From the NCBI GenBank assembly GCA_965648915.1, contig CBFGIV010000002.1, positions 95,753 through 159,752 on the forward strand: a stretch of DNA of 64,000 nucleotides. The letters run 5' to 3'. The notes below the pieces were generated by a model. The model worked only from the letters and a program-made list of their open reading frames with translations. It was not told the DNA's origin and searched no databases. Made by a program: the position numbers and the translations under genes. The stretch is from a candidate division WOR-3 bacterium (GTDB lineage: Bacteria; Hydrothermota; Tepidihabitantia; SM23-42; CAYGYG01). Below, piece by piece: positions 59,910-64,000 of this stretch. The number at the start of each line of letters is the position of its first letter. The first letter of the stretch is position 1.

Positions 59910-61250
59910 ATGAAGTTGAAGAGCCAATTTATCTGTCAAAATTGTGGTGCGGAAAGTCCCAAATGGTTTGGTCGATGCCCGGATTGCGGTAGTTGGGGAA
60001 GTATGGTTGAGGAGAAGGTTCAGGTGAAGAAGGGAAAGATGACCGTGGCTGTGTCGGGTGCAGAACCGGTTGATCTTAATTCCGTCCCGTATCGTGAGGG
60101 CGAGCGGAAGCGGACCGGGTTTTCGGAACTTGATCTGGTCTTAGGTGGTGGACTGGTTAAAGGTTCGCTTATCCTGGTCGGAGGCGATCCGGGTATTGGT
60201 AAATCGACCCTGATGTTACAACTTGCCAATTGTGTGGGTAACCAGAAACCGATTCTTTATGTAACCGGCGAGGAATCAGCCTATCAATTGAAAATTCGGG
60301 CAGAGAGGTTGTCCATCACATCTGCTTCGATAAAGATACTGGCTGAGACCTGTCTGGATAATATTATCGACTGGATTAATAAGATTGAACCGGAGTTGGT
60401 AATAATCGATTCAATCCAGACAATCTATAAGGCGGAACTGGTTGGTGCACCGGGAAGTGTTGGACAGGTCCGGGAATGCGGTGGTGAACTGATGCGGATG
60501 GCCAAACAAAAATGCATCACCACAATCATAATTGGTCATGTGACAAAATTTGGTGCAATCGCTGGCCCCAAAACCCTCGAACACATTGTTGATACCGTTC
60601 TATATTTTGAAGGCGATCAGAATCAGCAATATCGTCTCCTGCGCTCGGTCAAAAATAGATTCGGCTCGACCAATGAGATTGGCGTTTTTGAGATGACCGA
60701 ACGGGGTCTGGTTGAAGTTGAGAACCCGTCGAGCCTATTTCTGTCTGAAAACGAGGCTCCGGGGACAAGCACAGTCTCGATTCTCGAAGGAAGCAGGGCG
60801 CTCCTGGTTGAAGTCCAGGCATTGACCAGCCCAACATTCTTTAATTTTCCGCAGAGGGTAACAACCGGTATCGACATCAAGCGCTTGAATATGTTGCTTG
60901 CAGTTTTAGAACGGCGTATTGGAGCCAGTATTCATAATCTTGACTGTTTTGTCAATGTTGTCGGGGGAATAAAGATTGCCGAACCGGCGGCAGATCTTGG
61001 TATCCTTATGGCGGTTTTCTCTTCAATAAAAAATAAAGCTATATCCAAGAAGATCAGTTTTATTGGCGAAGTCGGATTGGGTGGTGAGATCCGGCCCGTG
61101 GTCCAGACTATCAACCGGATCCGGGAGGCAGAGAAATTAGGTTTTGAACAGATCTTTTTGAGCAGCAAGAATCTACCCAGAGAAAAGACAAAGATCGAAC
61201 TGGTTGGTGTGAACACACTGCAGGAGGCAGTAAATTTTGTTTTCGGGTAA
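59910..61250 (+). CDS. radA: DNA repair protein RadA/Sms
   Basis: CQNC...CPDC zinc finger, GDPGIGKST, KNRFG and a Lon-like C-terminus. Confidence 0.97.
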   Translation: MKLKSQFICQNCGAESPKWFGRCPDCGSWGSMVEEKVQVKKGKMTVAVSGAEPVDLNSVPYREGERKRTGFSELDLVLGGGLVKGSLILVGGDPGIGKSTLMLQLANCVGNQKPILYVTGEESAYQLKIRAERLSITSASIKILAETCLDNIIDWINKIEPELVIIDSIQTIYKAELVGAPGSVGQVRECGGELMRMAKQKCITTIIIGHVTKFGAIAGPKTLEHIVDTVLYFEGDQNQQYRLLRSVKNRFGSTNEIGVFEMTERGLVEVENPSSLFLSENEAPGTSTVSILEGSRALLVEVQALTSPTFFNFPQRVTTGIDIKRLNMLLAVLERRIGASIHNLDCFVNVVGGIKIAEPAADLGILMAVFSSIKNKAISKKISFIGEVGLGGEIRPVVQTINRIREAEKLGFEQIFLSSKNLPREKTKIELVGVNTLQEAVNFVFG

Positions 61251-61260
61251 AGGAGTATAA

Positions 61261-61863
61261 ATGCTATTTGTTAAGAAAGAAGATAAATATGTGCTCGATT
61301 CATCAATCCTGATGGATGGCAGGATCGCCAATCTCTTTGAAAAGAAGATCTTGAGTGGCAAAATAATAATACCGATCGAGGTAAAAGAAGGGATTGAGAA
61401 AGGTGGAAACAGGAAACAACGCGGGCTCAATACGATTGAACGCTTGCAGAAGTGTGGCCGAATAATGTTTGTCAAAACCAAAGGTGATGGCTATGCTGAG
61501 GCCCACATTATTCTCAAACTGGCCCAGCGTGAAAAGGCCAAGGTATTAACTGCGGCCGACGAGATAAAGAGACTGGCTCCTTCGTATCAGGATGTCACGA
61601 TTATCGATATCCGGGATATTTTTCTTTCACTCTTCCCGGTCTATAACACCGGTGATGTCTTAATGATTAAAATCCTGAAGCGCGGTAAGAAACAGAATGA
61701 AGGGGTTGGCTATCTTGAGGGTGGGCTAAAAGTAATTGTCGATTCTGCGGGTGATGCAGTAGGAAAGACGATTGAGGTAACAGTTGATAGTATGCTTTTT
61801 TTACCTACCGGGAATGTGGTCTTCGCCCATCCTTCAGCCGGTCAAACAAATCAACAGCAGTAA
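61261..61863 (+). CDS. PIN/TRAM domain protein (YacL-like, lacking the membrane N-terminus)
   Basis: VLDSSILMDGRI, RGL and GK...EGVGYLEGG..VIV. Syntenic with radA. Confidence 0.75.
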   Translation: MLFVKKEDKYVLDSSILMDGRIANLFEKKILSGKIIIPIEVKEGIEKGGNRKQRGLNTIERLQKCGRIMFVKTKGDGYAEAHIILKLAQREKAKVLTAADEIKRLAPSYQDVTIIDIRDIFLSLFPVYNTGDVLMIKILKRGKKQNEGVGYLEGGLKVIVDSAGDAVGKTIEVTVDSMLFLPTGNVVFAHPSAGQTNQQQ

Positions 61864-62546
61864 TGTTTAAGATTGAAGAGATTGAGAGGTTGATCGGTTT
61901 TGAGTTCCACAATAAAGACTTGTTAATCACCGCCCTGACCCATACCTCATACGCCAATGAACATAATCTCGGCTATGTTCGATCTAATGAACGGCTTGAA
62001 TTTTTAGGTGATGCAATTCTCGAAATGGCGGTCCGTCTCTTCCTTTTTGAAAAATATGCTGACCAGAGTGAAGATGTTCTGACCGAGAAGAAGAAATCTC
62101 TTACCAATCGTCAATTCCTTGCCCGTCTGGCACGGAATATTGAGATTGACCGTTTTCTGCTCTTAGGTCGAGGTGAGATGGTAACCGGGGGTCGTGAGAA
62201 AGAGTCAATACTGGCCAATGTCTTTGAAGCCCTCATTGGTGCTATCTATCTGGATCAGGGGTTCCAGAAAGTTTACAACTATATCTTTAATATTCTGCCC
62301 CGGGCAATGATCAGTGATCAGGATTTTGATGACCCCAAGTCCCGGCTCAATGCCTGGGCAACCAAAGGGAAACACACCGTTGCCTATCGGGTGATCCATG
62401 AGGAAGGTGAGCCCCATAGAAAATTTTTCCGGATCGAGGTGTTGATTGATGGTGAGCCGGTAAGTCTGGGGCAGGGTCGGTCCAAAAAAATTGCCGAACA
62501 GGATGCCGCCCGGAAGGCGCTTGAGCGATTAAAAGATGTCATTTAA
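61863..62546 (+). CDS. rnc: Ribonuclease III
   Basis: ALTHTSY, NERLEFLGDAIL, FEALIGAIYLD and a dsRBD (G.G.SKK.AEQ.AA). Confidence 0.95.
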   Translation: MFKIEEIERLIGFEFHNKDLLITALTHTSYANEHNLGYVRSNERLEFLGDAILEMAVRLFLFEKYADQSEDVLTEKKKSLTNRQFLARLARNIEIDRFLLLGRGEMVTGGREKESILANVFEALIGAIYLDQGFQKVYNYIFNILPRAMISDQDFDDPKSRLNAWATKGKHTVAYRVIHEEGEPHRKFFRIEVLIDGEPVSLGQGRSKKIAEQDAARKALERLKDVI

Positions 62547-63315
62547 TCGCGAAGTCAAAACGGCGATCGAAGCAGCACTTGAGTCCGGAAAGATTTTAAG
62601 AAAATTTGCCAGTAAAACCAAATCGGTAAGATATAAAGGGACAATAAATCTGGTCACCGAGGCAGATAAGCTTTCACAGGAGAAGATTATCAGGATCCTG
62701 AAGAAAGGTTTTCCAGAATATTCAATCTTGAGTGAGGAAGATCTATACTTAAAGTCAAATTCCCCTATTAAATGGATCATCGATCCGCTTGATGGGACGA
62801 CCAATTTTGCCCACAATCTTCCGATCTATTCAATTTCGATCGCGCTTGAGGTAGATGGTAAAATTGAAATGGGTGTTGTCTATAACCCGAATCTCGAAGA
62901 AATCTTTCAGGCCGTCCGGGGAAGGGGTGCTTTTCTTAATGATAAACCGATCAGGGTTTCAAAGACTAAGACGCTCAACAAAAGCCTTCTTGCCACTGGC
63001 TTTCCTTACGACATCAGGGAGTCGCGTAATAATAACTTGAACCACTTTAAAAATTTTGCGGTCCGGGCCCAGGCAATCCGAAGAGGTGGTTCAGCCGCAT
63101 TAGACTTATGTTATCTTGCTTGCGGCCGTTTCGATGGTTTCTGGGAACTGAAACTCGCTCCCTGGGATACGGCTGCTGGTTACCTCATCGTTGAAGAGGC
63201 GGGAGGAAAAGTTACTGACTTCAGAGGAAGACGGTTTGATATTTATAAAAAAGAGATTGTCGCCACCAACCGCCACATTCACAACGAAATGCTCAGGGTT
63301 TTAAGCCTGAAGTAA
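62536..63315 (+). CDS. suhB: Inositol monophosphatase family protein
   Basis: LVTEAD, WIIDPLDGTTNF, RRGGSAALDL and PWDTAAG. Confidence 0.9.
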   Translation: MSFNREVKTAIEAALESGKILRKFASKTKSVRYKGTINLVTEADKLSQEKIIRILKKGFPEYSILSEEDLYLKSNSPIKWIIDPLDGTTNFAHNLPIYSISIALEVDGKIEMGVVYNPNLEEIFQAVRGRGAFLNDKPIRVSKTKTLNKSLLATGFPYDIRESRNNNLNHFKNFAVRAQAIRRGGSAALDLCYLACGRFDGFWELKLAPWDTAAGYLIVEEAGGKVTDFRGRRFDIYKKEIVATNRHIHNEMLRVLSLK

Positions 63316-63371
63316 TACCCGGCTATTATCGATTCATGCTCAATTTGGCATATTTCATCTATTCCGGTTCT

Positions 63372-63998
63372 TTACTTGATAATTACAATTTTCCTGGTAA
63401 TGGTCTTACCACTAACTTTAAACAGACCGAGATAGACACCGGCTGAAAGTCTTCGACCCTGGTCATCCTTACCATCCCAGAAGATAGTGTAGAGACCGGG
63501 TCTGTGCACGCGATCGACAATCTTTTTCACAGCCCGGCCAACCAGATCATAGACGATGATTGATACCCTTTCTTCACTTGGTAAACCATATTTCATAATG
63601 ACCGATCCCCTGGTTGGATTGGGATAGATCGGACCAAAGAATAATTTATAAGGAATATTTAAGCCCTCACCCTCCTGGGCACCGCTGCTATGTTCCTGCT
63701 TCTTTCCTGGCTCAAATTCATATATCCCGATTTCACCACAGACGACATACTTTCGCTTAACCTTATCAATATCTACAATTATCTCGCCATCAGCATATAG
63801 ACTATCTGGAATAAATATTGAAACTTTTTTTAATTGATGAGATTTGACATAAGAGAGGTCTAAAGGAACACCATCAATCTTCAATAATTGAACCAGGGTA
63901 TAGGTTGAGTCTTTATCCTCACTGATTCCAGTAATAGAAGATCGATCCCGTATTCCATCGCCCCTTGTGGGAGAGGGATAGGGTGAGGGGTAAATCGA
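63372..63998 (-). CDS. 3' part of a secreted protein with a FlgD-Ig/T9SS-type C-terminal domain (start outside the window)
   Basis: IYPNP...IIVYDLVGRAVK...WDGKDDQGRRLSAGVY. Translated by hand, the frame stays open from 63884 to the window edge. Confidence 0.8.
   Translation of the reverse strand, partial: SIYPSPYPSPTRGDGIRDRSSITGISEDKDSTYTLVQLLKIDGVPLDLSYVKSHQLKKVSIFIPDSLYADGEIIVDIDKVKRKYVVCGEIGIYEFEPGKKQEHSSGAQEGEGLNIPYKLFFGPIYPNPTRGSVIMKYGLPSEERVSIIVYDLVGRAVKKIVDRVHRPGLYTIFWDGKDDQGRRLSAGVYLGLFKVSGKTITRKIVIIK
63953..63990 (-). repeat. REP-like GC-rich palindromic element inside the reading frame
   Basis: Minus strand CCCCTCACCCTATCCCTCTCCCACAAGGGGCGATGGAA, translated in frame as PSPYPSPTRGDG. 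Confidence 0.6.
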
Positions 63999-64000
63999 AA

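Noticed and set aside
62200..62240. RNase III LANVFEA instead of LADxFEA as a sign of inactivation
   Set aside because: The essential signature Asp and the downstream Glu are intact, and Asn at this position is not enough to call loss of function.

Overview
Dense bacterial chromosomal window, mostly housekeeping and envelope genes, with no integrase, transposase, phage gene or CRISPR array. A C25 gingipain/PorU-like protein, FlgD/T9SS-type C-terminal sorting domains, a SprA-like protein and very short signal peptides suggest a diderm of the FCB group, possibly a WOR-3-like candidate phylum (inference, not verified). Recognisable genes are pcm, rpsA, mtaB, miaB, dapA, a LonC-like protease, dacB, guaB, trmI, dut, fabD, sppA, radA, rnc and suhB, plus tRNA-Pro(CGG) and a CAU-anticodon tRNA that is probably Ile2. 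The most interesting accessory parts are: (1) a type IV pilin locus with a sigma54 regulator, two paralogous pilins each with its own -24/-12 promoter and an identical 19-bp enhancer-like box, a PilH/PilI/PilG(Xap)-like ABC module and a membrane SAM-dependent transferase; (2) an uncharacterised four-gene membrane module (FN3/DUF6754-like protein plus three membrane proteins); (3) a lipoprotein/DUF362/polyferredoxin operon running into a 1300-aa SprA-like protein; (4) two copies of a 34-bp imperfect palindrome bracketing three genes; (5) repeated leaderless promoter architecture. Family and DUF names come from motif recognition by eye and need HMM confirmation.
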